From assembly GCF_009914755.1 (NCBI RefSeq), contig NC_060935.1: a stretch of 64,000 nt of DNA. One strand, written 5' to 3'. Made by a program: the position numbers and the translations under genes. The notes beneath the pieces were generated by a model that did not search any database, was not told the DNA's origin, and saw only the letters and a program-made list of their open reading frames with translations. This DNA is from the human T2T-CHM13v2.0 reference genome, Homo sapiens. This document shows positions 14,369 to 29,055 of the stretch, piece after piece. Each line of letters opens with the position of its first letter. Position 1 is the stretch's first letter.

Positions 14369-15991
14369 TGCTTTTTAACCATGAGAAAGTACATTCATAA
14401 AAGCCACTAATGTCATGCTGACATTTCCAGTTTCTTCTCTACTTTTAAGGATTCAAGCTTATTCCTAGATTGTGTAAGTTGTAATAACTACTGGTCTAGT
14501 TTAGGAGAAAAGGCTTTTGTCAGTCTGTGGAAATTAACAATATTTTCATCAGGAACACATGAACCATAATTTGTTTTGATGCAAAAATCAATTATACATG
14601 AACTCTTTCTTCATAATGCTTTATTTTTATAATAGTGGATTCTGTCTAAGGACAGATTGGACTGTGGGAATCTAAGTGATACTGTTATTTAAAGCAGCTT
14701 AGTTCTGAAAGGCTTCCTTGTACTTTTGCTACAATTCTTTTAACAAGTTGATATACAGCGCTTTGGCAACATATAACAATATTCGAAAAACAAATATGAT
14801 TGTGACAAGATGACTGTAATGGATTCATCAGATCACCTGCAGAGGGAGTGCTGGCCAAGTGTTATGTCTGAAAGCTCTTAAAAAGGGAGTGTGTGGACAG
14901 CATCAGAGGTAGTGCAAGAACAAGGAGGAAACCAGAAAGCAAAATTGTCAAGAAACAGGAGAAAGAGAAGACGATATTAGTAGTACTATAAAGAATAAAG
15001 TAGAGCTCATACTGGTATCTAAGGTTTTGGAAGTAATCATCAAAATTAATGGTGACCAGGAAGGCAGAAAGGACTACTGTTCTTCATCCACTTGTACCCT
15101 GAAAACTGGGTACCTTATAAGAATGAGTATTTTTTAAGACCCACATCTCAGCCTTAATATAGGATTTGCAATAAATGCATTTGCAATATTCATTTCCTTA
15201 TTAAAACCTCTGTTCATGTTAAGAAGGTGTTAAACAATCCAGTAGTGTAGGTGATATCCCCAAGTATTTTAGATGGACAGCAAAGGTAAATAAACCAAAA
15301 TAAACCACACACTCCAGTGTGAAACAAAATAAACCATTCAGTGAAAAAAAGAGTTGGTGATGGGTTTACACAATTCTTACTGTGTAAAATAAACTATCAT
15401 ATGATCTGTGTTGTAACATCAGTTGCAGTATTCTGGCTCAGCCCAATTTATGAAGCACAAGATGTATTCTATACCCGGAATTACTGTGGACTCAAAACAC
15501 TCTCAGTAAAGGAGCAGCTTAAAGAGCAGATTTTAATTTTCTATTTGGGCTTCGACTGTGAATTCATTTTCAGAACTCTATGACACTTTCTCAGTTATAG
15601 CTTTATATTTTCACTTTTTAGTATGCATAGTATATATAAGAAAATTTTAGGGTTGGTGTTCAAAAAATGAAGGAATCATTAACAATTAATTATCTTAATT
15701 GTGTCTTTCATGAGGTACACACATCTCTTAGTCTAAACAAATATCAGAAACTTCTTAAGACAGATCATCATACAAAAATAGGGACTGAAAATGCCGGGAA
15801 TGCCTTTCCCTCTGTATCCTCTTCACTACCCTGCTAGTGTTCCTTCTTCTATATGTCACCTTTAACCCTCCTGAGAAGCTATCTCTGGCCTCTTCAGGGG
15901 TCTCCTTTTTAATCTCATAGCCCTTTGTAGACACTTTCATTCACAGTGTCTCAAATTGCATTATATGCTTGTTTCTCTCCTCCTCCACTAA

Positions 15992-16333
<342 letters not shown>

Positions 16334-17529
16334 CATGATAGCATTTTGACACTCATTAAAAGTTTGCTCCATGAACATAAGACATTGGACTATTTTTGTT
16401 TGTTTGTTTTTTGGTTCTACAAAAATCCAAGGGGCTTGCCTATGCTTGAATTTGGGTCTGATCGATAAACCCAAAACCTTTGTTCAGCACGTCTGGCCCA
16501 CTACGTTTGGCTGTACGTATGTCTACTGATGCTACCTAACCTGTTTGTCAATATATCGACTGCTAGAAATATTTTGTTCCTTGCCTGTGAAGGCAAGTCT
16601 GATTTCTTCAACTATGGTAGATCCTCAACAGCTCAGTTAATACATGTTTGAAAATTCTGCTGTGTTTACCTACTGGGGGGACACTAAAACAAATACGGCA
16701 TCTTTCCCACACTCAAGGAGCTTATAAATGGCTTGGGAAGGCAGGAAATTTAAATGTAAAAATATAAGCCCCCAGTTAGGAGAGTAAGATTATGACCAAT
16801 AATTTTAGGTTTGTCTAGTGCTTTATAATTTCAAAAGAGCATTCATATGTATATTCTCATTCAGTATTAACTATCCCTTGATATATTACATCTACCCAAA
16901 GTAGGCATATTTCATAAAGTAAACATGTTATTTATCGGCTAAATAAGTTAGGTGTCATTCCTGTCTTACAAAAGAAGAAACAGAGGTGCATTAAGATTAA
17001 CTAGACCATATAGCTCACTGGTGAAGTAAACCTAAGACTGGAAGTAAAGACTGCTGGCTCAAATCTAGTTCTCTTTTCACTTTGTCAATTTCCTGCTCAT
17101 TTTAGGGCTTCAATGCTAATTTGTTTGTCTCTCCAACACGTCTTCTTAGGCTCCTATGCCCACTCTAACAGGAAAACCCTCCTTACCAAATTCTTTATTG
17201 ACAGTTATCCAAACGCTTAAATATCACAATTGCTTTATCACCAAAAGTGCAGACCAGAATTGGAAACTAAGTTTCCTTTTCTCAAATGATACCTCACCCT
17301 TTCCCTTTCTTGTTCAAATTATTGGTTTCCATTAGCACACAGTAAAAAAAAATACAGACTAGACAGCAGATTTAGACATTGCTTTTTTTGTATGTTTAAG
17401 GATTTTTCCCTAATATTTTGATTATAGTTGTGTATTTTTTTCTAAATAACAGATATTAGTCTGAGTATCAAGACTATAGAATTCTCATTCTGAATTACTA
17501 ACTTTCCCTCTACCCTGTCTACTGCAATA

Positions 17530-17590
17530 ACATCAGCAGCATCATCGTCATCATCACCATCACCAACTTCCTCCTCCTCCTCCTCCTCCC
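17530..17590 (+). repeat. Compound trinucleotide repeat (CAG/CAT/CAC then CCT)
   Basis: catcagcagcatcatcgtcatcatcaccatcaccaacttcctcctcctcctcctcc, next to a MIR. Confidence 0.8.
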
Positions 17591-18352
17591 CCTTTCTGCC
17601 AACATAGTTAACATTCATTGAGCACATAACATGTATCAAACACATGGTTGATTCCTTCATTTAATCTTCATAATAGCCCTATCGGGTTAGTATTTCTGTT
17701 TCATTTTATGGTTGAGAAAACTGAACTCTGGAGAGATTAAACAGCTTTCCTAGTGTCAGACAGCAGGCAAGTTATTTATCAGGTAAAACTGCAAAGACCT
17801 GCATAGACCAGCTTCCCCCATAGAAGATGCATAGTATATTAAAGAAGACTGTAAGTTCTTCAAGGGCAGAACCTTGCAGACTCTCTTACCACATGCCCTC
17901 AAAACCCCCTGTACTTTTCCTGCATGGAAAAGTATTATTATACACTTTTCACAACTTATTATACTTATTTTTGTAATCATTTGTTTAATGTCTTTCCTCC
18001 ACCCCCAACCCCTGGACTGTCTCTTCAATGCGGACAAGGGCTGTTTCTATATTGCTTACTTCTGTTTGCCCAGGGGTTAGCAGAGTGCCTAACGTGGTAG
18101 GCACTCTATAAATACCCATTAAATAAATAACTCTCCTTTGGCCCTATTGTCAAAGCAGCTTCATTGAGGATTTCTTTAGTACATTTAATTAATATTTTAG
18201 TACTCAATGTAAATATCTATGGAGCTCACTTCTGGCAGAAGACAAAAGTACACTGGACCCAGCAAAAGAGTTATTCTGGGTGGTGACCCTAAATAACTTT
18301 ACTACACTCTAGCTACAGATACACTTTTGAAGAGAACTGAGTCATCTTTTTA

Positions 18353-18495
18353 GCAGCGATGTCATCTTGGCTCACCGAAAGCTCCGCCTCCTGGCTTCAT
18401 GCCATTCTCTTGCCTCAGCCTCCCGAGTAGCTGGGACTACAGGCGCCTGCCACCACACCAGGCTAATTGTATTTTTAGTAGAGACAGGGTTTCAC
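18353..18495 (-). mobile_element. Internal AluY-like fragment lacking head and tail
   Basis: aagctccgcctcctggcttcatgccattctc (Y-type) through gggtttcac; flanked by gtcatctttttagca / gtcactttttagca. Confidence 0.85.
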
Positions 18496-19214
18496 GTCAC
18501 TTTTTAGCATATTTTATTTGCACGTTTGACATGTTTGAAGCAGATGAACTTCCATAAAGTATAGAAACTGATATGAATTTCAAGAACATAAATTGTACTT
18601 TTCTAAGGAGTAACCTATACATTTTGAAAATTATGTTTTTAATGTCAAAAATGAAATGCAGCCTTGTTTTTTCTCAGTTCATTGGAGTTTTCAGATAAGC
18701 CATGCCTCTCTCTAATCCAATGGCTTAATCAAAAATTAAATACCTGAAAATGTTTTCCATCAAGAGAAATTTTGAAACTGTAGGAAAGAAGGAATAATGA
18801 AAGAAAAGCTTTATGTAGGCAGAATAACTAAGAGGCATTATGTTAGCCTAACCAGTAGGCTAGTATTTTAAGAGGAATAAAATGTATCTATATTATTTAT
18901 CCCTCTCAATCCTCTACCACAGTGAGGGCAGTTATTGTTAAAGAACAAGTTCAAGGTCATTGAATGGTTAAGATCTGGAGTCAAGATTTGTCTCTAGGTT
19001 TGATGGGAAATTTAAGGCTGATTGATATTAAGTGGCAACATAGATTATATTGCTGATAAATAACAGAGATAAATTCAAATTTTGCTCTTTGTGGTACAAA
19101 TCCAGGGCTTTTTCCACTACTGGCACTGCCTTTCCATTCACATCATTTCATGATTAGTCCTTCATGTCAAAAAAAAAAAATGTAAAAAGGTTGGCAATAA
19201 AAAAAAATTAACTC

Positions 19215-19516
19215 GGCCAGGTGCGGGGCTCACGCCTGTAATTTTACCCAGCACTTTGAGAGGCCGAGGCGGGCGGACCACGAGCTCAGGAGATAAAGAC
19301 CACCCCGGCTCACACGGTGAAACCCCGTCTCTACTAAAAATACAAGAAATTAGCCCAGTGAGGTGGCGGGCGCCTGTAGTCTCAGCTACTCGGGAGGCTG
19401 AGGCAGGAGAATGGCGTGAAGCCGGGAGGCGGAGCTTGCAGTGAGCCAAGGTCGTGCCACTGCACTCCAGCCTGGGCGACAGAGCGAAACTCCGTCTCAA
19501 AAAAAAAAAAAAAAAA
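19215..19516 (+). mobile_element. AluY
   Basis: gagaatggcgtgaa...ggagcttgcagtgag; poly(A) tail; TSD aaaaaaattaactc. Confidence 0.95.
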
Positions 19517-19999
19517 ATTAACTCAGAATTCATTATGTATCTTACATGTTGTATTAATAGCATAAGCTTTATATAACAGAAAAGGAAGAATTCCATTCCC
19601 CCACTCCAATTCTCTCTCTCTCTCTCTCTGGCTAGAGGATGGAGTGGTATAAAGTGTTCTCAGACTGTGTTTTTTTTTAATATCTGATATTTCACCATTC
19701 TCAAGTTCATTTCCAGAAGATATCCTCTATCAGTAGGAACAGATGGTTCAGTTGATTGCTAATAGAACATGGAGATAATTGTTAGTAGGTTAACATTTAA
19801 AATACAGTCCATTTGGGAGTCACTCAAAAACTGCTGTGGTAGTGACAAAGCTATTCATGGCATGTAGGCAAGATATCATGTGGTTATCACTCTGTATTCC
19901 AGAGCACCAAATTCATACCCTGCCTCAAAGATTTGTACCAAAGACCAAATAAAATGAAGTATTGACAATGCTGTGAAGTCTTTAAACGGTCCCCAGTTT

Positions 20000-21400
20000 C
20001 CCTGACAGCCAATCAATTGCCATTACTGTTTATTTTATCTCCATGTCTTTTGTATCCTTTACATTCCCACTGCCACCACCCTCATTCAAGCCATGATTGG
20101 CTCCAGCCAAATCTTTTGTGCTAGACTACCAACTGTTCTCATTCCCTCCAACCTCTATTATTTTCTATCACTGTTATATGTTCCTTCCTGATTAACCTCC
20201 CTAAAAAAAACAGCTATAAGCATGCACTTGTGGGCTCAAAATCCTTCAATGACGCCTACTAGCTTACCCAATAAAATTCACATAGTTAAATGTCCAAACT
20301 CTTCAACTCTAACTTCTACTCTTCAATCTATTTCTCACTCATTTGATTCGGGTGTCTGTCCCATACTTTAGCCAGAATTATTGACTTGCTGTTTCCCATA
20401 CATCACCTTTGCTTTCACATCTCCCTGACCTCCTAAATATTGGTCTTCTGTTGAAAATAACCTTGATAACTCACAGTTCCTATTCCTGCATACTGGAATC
20501 CTACCTTCTTTTCAAAGCCAAGTCCAAAGCCACCTCTTCCATTCATCCTTTTCCAACATTTTTAACAGAAGATAATCCCTCTTCTGCATTTTTATCTAAT
20601 ATTTTTATATCACTCTTATCCTTTCTTTTTTCACTCCATCTACTTTTGCCATACTCCAATCCAGTCTCCAAATTTCAAATTGTATTATTGCTTTACCGTG
20701 TTTATAAGCCTTATTGACTTCCCACTGCTCTGAGGAAGAGCAAAAACCTTGATGTCTATCCTTGCTGGCCTATAGTATTCTACATGATATATCTTGGTAT
20801 GCCGCTCTCATCTAACATTCTCCTTGCTGCTCTCATCTTCTCATGTATTCATCTTTTAATAAGACATGTCCTTTTTTGTCTTAGGGCCTTTATACATGCT
20901 GTTTCCTCTGTCTAGACACCTCCTTCCCATCTCCACCTTTTCCTACCTAGTTCATTTCTACTCAGCCTTCAAAACTCGACTCAAATACTACCTCTTTGAG
21001 AAGGCTTTCCTCAATCCCTAGACAAAGTTAGCACCCTCACCTACCTTTTCATTGCAGTACGTGCCACAGTCATATGTTTGTTTTCTCAACTAGTATGGAA
21101 GGATGGAAACTCTGTTTGTCTTATTTCCTATTGGACCCACATTGCCTAACACAGTGCCTACACCTATAGTAGCTATTAGGTAAATACGTGTCTAGTAATT
21201 TAAATATAAGTAGAATATATACTAGATATCTATGTACAGGATGATTGAAAGTTTTGTGTTTGTCTTATTTCCTATCTTTCTCACCATGCTGTAAACTCCC
21301 TGATTTACTTTTGTACCTGAAACAACTCAACCAGCTATAATTAATATGTGCAAAGGAAATATGTGTTGAACAACAGAAAAATGAAGGAAGGAAAGAATGT
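20000..21400 (+). mobile_element. L2 fragments
   Basis: C/T-rich L2-type motifs (cccactgccaccaccctcattcaagcc, ctcaaatactacctctttgagaaggctttcc, gcctaacacagtgcct); boundaries approximate. Confidence 0.55.
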
Positions 21401-22904
21401 AGAAATAAACAGACTAGTAAAATGCAAGGTAATAGTCTAACTTTTCATATAATTTCCAAATCCTCATGCCTTTTAGGATATTTTAACATTTCTAGATAGG
21501 AAAAATAACCTAATGTCACTTACTTTTTATAGACCAATAGCCTAGTGTTTATTGACTGTTGATGTTTATTGAGGGACAAAGGAAGGAAGGAAACAAACAC
21601 TATTATAATAGGGAAAAGGGACAATGTTGATATGTAACACCCAGGTTCAAAGGAAATGAATATCCTCTTTATTCTTGTAATAAGGAAGAGGGGGGAGAAT
21701 AATTCATAAATAGGGACAGGCAAAGGACAAAATGAATGAAAACAGTCCTTGCAGGAAAAAAGAAACAATTGTTTCACTATCTTTCAATTACAAAAAGAGA
21801 TCAAAATATTTATCTGTTTTATGTTAGCAATTTTCAATTTAGTAATACAAGGACTGCCTTGCAGCTGTAGTATTCTTTCCACAGCCAACCTTAGTATCTC
21901 CATCCTTATTTCCTTTCCTCAATGTCAATGAGCCCCTGGAAGACCAAGCACCATACATTCACATACTCTTTACTTCCTATTATCTCTGCCTGACATGCTC
22001 TATGTCTTGGGCAAGTCACTTCTGTCTTCCGTACCATGAAGGAGACATAGTCTTGTGTCTACAATTCCTTTCATGTAGAATATTGTATGATTGGAAGTCT
22101 TGCCTTCCTATAAGTTTTGGTCCATGACTGCTGGTGCTTTGATTTCATACATTCCATATTTAATATCTAACCTATTGAAAGCCAGAAATGTTCAAAGTGC
22201 AAGGCATTAAAGGATAAAACAATGATCTTAAAGACAAAATCTTTGCCCCTCAGAGGTACATTCTAGTGGAAAGAGACAGACAATAAAAAGATGAATGAAA
22301 TATGTGAAATAATAGAGACTAGAAAGTACTAAGGGGGAAAAAAAGCTAAAGAAGGGGACTAGGAATGTGGTGGGAATGTTACTGAACAAGTACGCAGGAA
22401 GGCCTCACTAAGAAGGTGATATATAAAAACTCAATTCACAATTTTCTAGTTGTCTGCCCTTGTCTCCTGTGAATTGCTTGTAACTTAGTTCAGTTACATA
22501 TTTGAGGATCCCTTACTTCTTTGCCTTAAATCTAACTGTCTCTGCTCATCTCTATCGCCATAACCTTGGTTCCATCTCTGCCATCTCTTGCCAAGATCAT
22601 GAGCAATAGCCCCCTTCTTGGTCACAGTTTTGTTATTCACTCTATACTCCCATCTTCCCTTCTTTTCTGCCAAGAGTCATTTTCTTTACAAGCAACTCTA
22701 GTGCTACCTGAAGTCTGAAAACTCCCCATTTATTTTGTCCATTGATCTCTGAAAACTCCCCCTACTGCCCTAGCTGTCACCACACTTAACCCCTGATTAC
22801 CTGAATATGCCCATTCCTTAACTTCATACCTACCCACAAACACAGGTCTCTCTTCTCTGTCTGCCCTTGCCCTGCCTATCTACCCAGCAAACTAATACCT
22901 GACC

Positions 22905-23255
22905 TTTTTTTGTTGTTGTTTTTCTTGTTTTTGTTTGTTTGTTCATTTGTTTGAGACAGGGTCTCCTTCTGTTGGCCAGGCTGGAGTGCAGTGGCATAAA
23001 CAGGGCTCACTGCAGCCTTGACCTCCTGGGCTCAAATGGTCCTCTTGCATCAGCCTGCCAAGTACCTGCAAGTACAGGTGTACACCACCATACGATGTTA
23101 ATTTTTGTATTTTGTGTATTTTATTTCACTTTGTTTGTAGAGATGGGGTTTCACCATATTGGCCAGGCTGGTTTTGAACTCTTGGGCTAAAGGAATCCAC
23201 TCACCTTGGCTTCCCAAAGTGCTGGGATTACAGGCATGAGCCACCACATCCAACC
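22905..23255 (-). mobile_element. AluJ
   Basis: gctcactgcagccttgacctcctgggctcaa (J-type), degenerate (TTG/TTTG) tail and expanded linker. Confidence 0.93.
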
Positions 23256-24956
23256 TACCTTCCTTTTAAGGCTGTTCAAAGAATTCCTCTTGGCCTGCCT
23301 TTTTCAATTCTGGAGGGAGCAGAATTCTTGCTCCTCCATTCTCTCTGTATTTTTCACATACCTCTCTGCCACATTTATTCCGTTGTATTGTGATTATCAA
23401 TTTCCCTGTTTTTCAATATCCTTCCAGAGTACATTCCTTATTCATTCATACTTTGAACTTGGTAAACCCTCAATGAAATGGACAGGGACAGAGAGAAAGA
23501 GAAGAGGTGGAAGGTGAGAGAGGGAAAAGGAGACTGTCAGTCAGTTTTCAAAGATGGGCAGCTCACAGATAGGAGAAATCATTGCTTCCTAAAAGCTGTG
23601 AATTAGAAGAAACCTTAAAGTGGCCCAAATTCTAAAACTTTAGGCCTCATCATTAACCTATTATTCAAGCCCTGACCTTTTGTCCCAGTTATCATAACTG
23701 GGCTTCCGCACCTCAGTCCCCACCTGGTGCCCCAGTTCTGATAACTCACCTTCTGTCTTGCTCTTCTCTGCCTGAATCTCTCTTTTGGAGACATGCCTAA
23801 TATGTCAGGCTCCCCAAACCTGGAAGTCTGTCTCGCTTTTGTTTCCCCCACCCCTCCCATTTCTCCCTTTTTAATCTCTGCCCCGCCTATGAACCCAGGC
23901 AGGTGGCCAGGGCCCTGCTAATCCCTGACAGACTTCCATGATTCTGACTTCTGAGCATTACATGCTCCTGGGTTCTTTTGTTGCCTTTCACGGCCTTCCT
24001 ACTGTGGCCACTATCTCTCCCATCCTCCATGCCATCTGACTGTTTGGATGACCACCTGCTCTCTAAGGCCATACATTTTGGATTTCATTCTTTGCCTGTT
24101 CCCCTGGCCTGCTTCCCAAAAACCTCTGGACCTAGGTCAGGTTATGTTGTTGTTACTGTTTCTTTCTATTTTTAGTTCCTAGACCTACCTTCCTTCCAAC
24201 CCTGCTCTGATAGGACTGGTGACACTTTAATGAAAAAAAGAGGGCCTTGACAAATCACTGGATTTGTCCAGTTGACTTTAACATATCTTATAGCATTTGG
24301 ATACATGGGATATTTATTTGCAGTGCTAGTGTAACACTCTGATTTCACAGATAAGGCACTGAAACTCAAAAGGTAAAGTGACTTTTTCAAGGTTGCACCG
24401 ATAGCCTGTGGTAGAATGACATCTAGAGCCCAGGCTTCCTGTGTCACAGTCAAGAACTGTCCTTTCCCCATATTCAATCATCACTGTAGACCTACTTTTT
24501 ACAAATTAGAGTGTATTGCAAAACAAGGATCATAGAATCACTTGTAGCTATCTTGAAGAAATGAGGGTATTAACCTATAGCCAGCACCTTTACAAGTTAA
24601 ACAGATCCTACTAGATTATCCTTTTTCAAGGACCTAGATGTATGTGAAGAACTAGGAGGAGACAACAGCTTTAATTTATCCCAGATAGAACAATATTTTA
24701 AAATTTTTATTCAGGGTGCCAATGAGCTCGGAAAAGATGACCTGGAGATTCAGAGAAATTAACCAATTAAAAGAAGGAAATAAATCAGACATTAGTTATT
24801 AATGAATCAACCAACGGGGGCAGAAGTGGTATTCCAAAGGAGACATACCTGAGACCAATGTCTTTATAAAAAATAATGTAATCTGTGGCCAAGAAGAAGA
24901 AATGAAATATATGCCCAATATTTTTGTCTAGTGAAATGACAACTTGCACATGTTAT

Positions 24957-25071
24957 ATATATATATATATATTATTATACTTTAAGTTCTAGGGTACATG
25001 TGCACAACGTGCAGATTTGTTACATATGTATACATGTGCCATGTTGGTGTGCTGCACCCATTAACTCATCA
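24957..25071 (-). mobile_element. Very short L1PA 3' end
   Basis: ttattatactttaagttctagggtacatgtgcacaacgtgcag...cccattaactc; TSD ttgcacatgttat at 24944-24956 and 25072-25084. Confidence 0.92.
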
Positions 25072-27177
25072 TTGCACATGTTATTTAAGACAATTAACCA
25101 GCCACTTGCTTGGGACTCAGGGTTGCATTAAACAACGTCTTCATCTTGATGAGCTTAAAGTCAATCGGGGGTTATGGCTATGTGCACAAATAATTATAAT
25201 TCAAGGTAGAAATTATATAGATAAAAATGCAATGAAATTATTGCAGAAGTGACTTCTTCCTACCAAGTTGGACTAGCAAGAGCTTCATGGAAGCAAGCAC
25301 ATCTGTGATTGCACAGGTAGCCCTGACCTAATGAGCCATGATAAAATCTTGAGGGTCACCCTGTAGGCCACTGCTCTTTGACCACTTATATCCAGGCAGT
25401 CACCATTTCAATTTCAAGACCTAAAACATTTTACAACTCAGCATTTTCCCTTGTGCTGCTGTCTTAGTTCAGGGCCGCCTCTTTCTCTGTAGATGTCTAC
25501 AGCAAGGCCCTTGCTCATCTTGCATCTACAGTCTCACCTTCCTTCCATTCATCCTCCACACTGCTGACAGAACGATCCTGCTGCTAATCTGATCACATCA
25601 CTCTAAAGTTTAAAATCCTCCGATGACTCACCATTTACAAAGGCCTTCAATGATCTGGCCACTGTTTACTGCTCAAGTCTCATCTCCTGCTCTTCCTTTC
25701 CTTGCACATTATGTTCTAGCAATATTGAATTCCTTGCACTTCCCCCCAAGAAAGCGCTCCTCTTTTATATCACCATGATTCTGCTCTGAGTGCTTCTCTA
25801 TTCTGCTCTGCAAACCAGAGTACTAAGCAGAGTGCATGATTAACAGACCAGCCATTTAGCAATTAGGATGAATCACATGCACTTCAGGACTTAGAAGGGC
25901 CCTTTATACCAGAGGTTCTCTCTCCTCCACAGGATCTCCTACCAACAGCATGCAACCCTAATCAGCAGCAAGAGTGGAATCCTAAACTTTTGTGTGGCTC
26001 TTTGTTTGAAGGCTTTTGTCAAGTAGGAGTGGTATTGTCAGCAGGGAAATGATGAAAGCCGGTTATAGGGAAGGTAACATGATAATAAAAAAGAAAATTA
26101 ACATTCCTTAAATACATACAACATGTTGCACACATTCAATACAATACTTTCTACATGTACCACACTTAATACTTACAACAAGTTAAAAATCTTTGTTCCA
26201 TTTTAAAGATAAAGACAATAAGCTTTATGTAAACTGATTGTTTCTCCATTACTTAGTTAGTGACTAGGGAGGAAAGGATCTCATTCTAAGTATTTTTTTC
26301 TTCCTACCACCTTATCAGGGCAAGCATTGTAACCATGTCTCCAAATTTCTTTCTGAATCATTCCAGATCAATATGTTTAATTTAGTTTTAGTGCAATTAT
26401 CTATTTTTTTCTGATTATCTGAAAATGGTTCATTTGTATGTTATAAACGTAGCACAATTCCTCCCTCCCTTCACCGGGAAGGCCAGAGAGGCAAAGACAG
26501 AGCACAGACCATACAAGCAGCTTCTAATCTCTCCCTTCTTGATATGGAGATTAGAATTGTGACTTTTAGAACTCATATTGACTCAAGAGGCTATTCAATG
26601 TAATGTCATCCTTTTAGAGAAAAAATAAATAGAAATATCATACAGTACATGAATGACAAAGCTAGGACTGGAAGGTAACTCCTAGGCAAGAAGAGCTAAT
26701 TACTGACTGAACCCTGATGGCTGAGCATTCTCATATGTTGCTTCTGGTAATCTTAACAACAAACATGTGAAGTGGGTATTGTTATCTCTACATTACAATG
26801 GAGAAAGTGAGGCTCAGAGAGGTTAAATGACTCATGCCAAGTGGCTCAGAGTGATTAAATGACACTCCAAGTCACATACCTGGTTAGGCATGATAGATCA
26901 AGGATTAAAACTCAGGACTCACACTGTCAAGCTGATGGCTTCAACCCCACTCCCCATGAGCATTTCAATCTTCATTTTCAAATATCCACAGATATTTGAA
27001 ATATAGCACAATTCCTTCCAGGACCAATAGAGGGGCTTGTATGAGAAGTGAAGGCCTTGTGACTGGAAAGTCATCAGTCAATTTAGACAGCTTCTTTGGT
27101 GGCTTATTCCAAAAAAAAGAAAAAGTGTATAGAAAACACCTATCAATGACTCTACTATATAAACAATCATTTTTTAA

Positions 27178-27495
<318 letters not shown>

Positions 27496-28449
27496 AAGTT
27501 AATAAATTTTTAAGAGCTTATGGATCTTATGTTAATGTTATTAAAATATTGTTACTTATTGTCTTTTATGTAGAATATCATTTTCCTGTTCATTGTGCTT
27601 TAAAAACAGTGACTGCTAATTTCTAAAAATAAAATCAAATAAAAACCACATACCCTGCTCCATACATCTAAACAAACCAGAGCTATGCAGTGAAAAGGCA
27701 GAACACAGCTTTTCAGTAAACAGAGGTAGAATTTCACCATGTGGAAAAACATACACCCTGCTAAAGACTGCAGAATTTTACTTCTATCATTTAGAAGACT
27801 CCAAGGGCAAGAAAAATACATGAAATGCTGATTCCAAAAATCCTTGACAAAACAGCAGTCTAGAAATTAATATTTACCACATTTTCAGTGTTCCTGACAC
27901 AACAGCTCCTTATATGCTGATGTTTATGAATACAAATTTGCTGGCACTGTGGACATATATTATCTTTTCAGAAAATAACAAGGTAGGCAGGTGCCTTCCT
28001 ACTTCTGGTTACTAGAGCTAAAAAACTACCACAAATGGGCAGCAACATTTATGACAAGTAAAATTGAAATCAATGGACCACATAAATCTTAGTTGTACAC
28101 TGATTTAATTAACTATAATGAGAAAGTGGGCAATGACTCTGTTACTATTTAAGACTATTTAGAAGACATCTGTGGTACTTTTTTTTTTTGCCTCAATTCA
28201 CACTTGGATTAACGTAGGAGAAATAAGTAAGAGGTGGATGGTAGTAAGCTAGGGTTCAATTGTTAATAGAATGAAACACATTTTCATTTTGTAAGGTGCA
28301 GAGAACATAAGATCATGTCCAGTAGTCCTAAACAAAGCAACTATAGTATCATAGTATTACACAACACATAGTATTGCATTTCAAGTATCATTATCATGCC
28401 ACAGTTATTGCTTACTATTTCCTTTACTTAAGCTTACAAATCCTAGAAA

Positions 28450-29055
28450 ATAAAAATGAACAAACCATAGACTGACTTTATTCCTTGCTATAGATTTTGG
28501 GGACATTCTACATTTATTTTCTAGCTGAGTTATTCTTTTGTTCAACATACCCTGATTGTGCCAAATACTATGTACTGGATTTTACAGTCTGACAGAGGAG
28601 TGCAAGTTCTACACTATTGACATACAGATGGAAATGCCATAATGGAGGAGTGTGCGAACCCAAGCTCCTACATCTGCAATCTTTAGCACCCTATAGCTGG
28701 GCTTAGCTAAAGTCTGCCCCATAACAGATGGTAATACTGATAATGGCAATAGTGATGGTGATGATGATTATGAGAATGTGATGATGATATCAGCAAAAAT
28801 TGAAACTCTACTATGCATGTTATAGTTCATAAAAATGTTCATAAAAATGAACAAACCATAGACTGACTTTATTCCTTGCTATAGATTTTGGGGACATTCT
28901 ACATTTATTTTCTAGCTGAGTTATTCTTTTGTTCAACATACCCTGATTGTGCCAAATACTATGTACTTGATTTTACAGTGTGACAGAGGAGTGCAAGTTC
29001 TACACTATTGACATATAGATGGAAATGCCATAATGGAGGAGTGTGCGAACCCAAG
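28450..29055 (+). repeat. 215-bp direct duplication (28450-28664 and 28841-29055)
   Basis: 3 substitutions, no indels, offset 391 bp; the second copy interrupts a MIR-like element. Confidence 0.97.

Noticed and set aside
17442-17660. Acidic poly-E/D ORF
   Set aside because: Translation of a trinucleotide repeat plus MIR.
21113-21275. 19-bp exact repeat tgtttgtcttatttcctat, 144 bp apart
   Set aside because: Short, low-complexity and inside L2 relics; cannot be separated from related L2 pieces.
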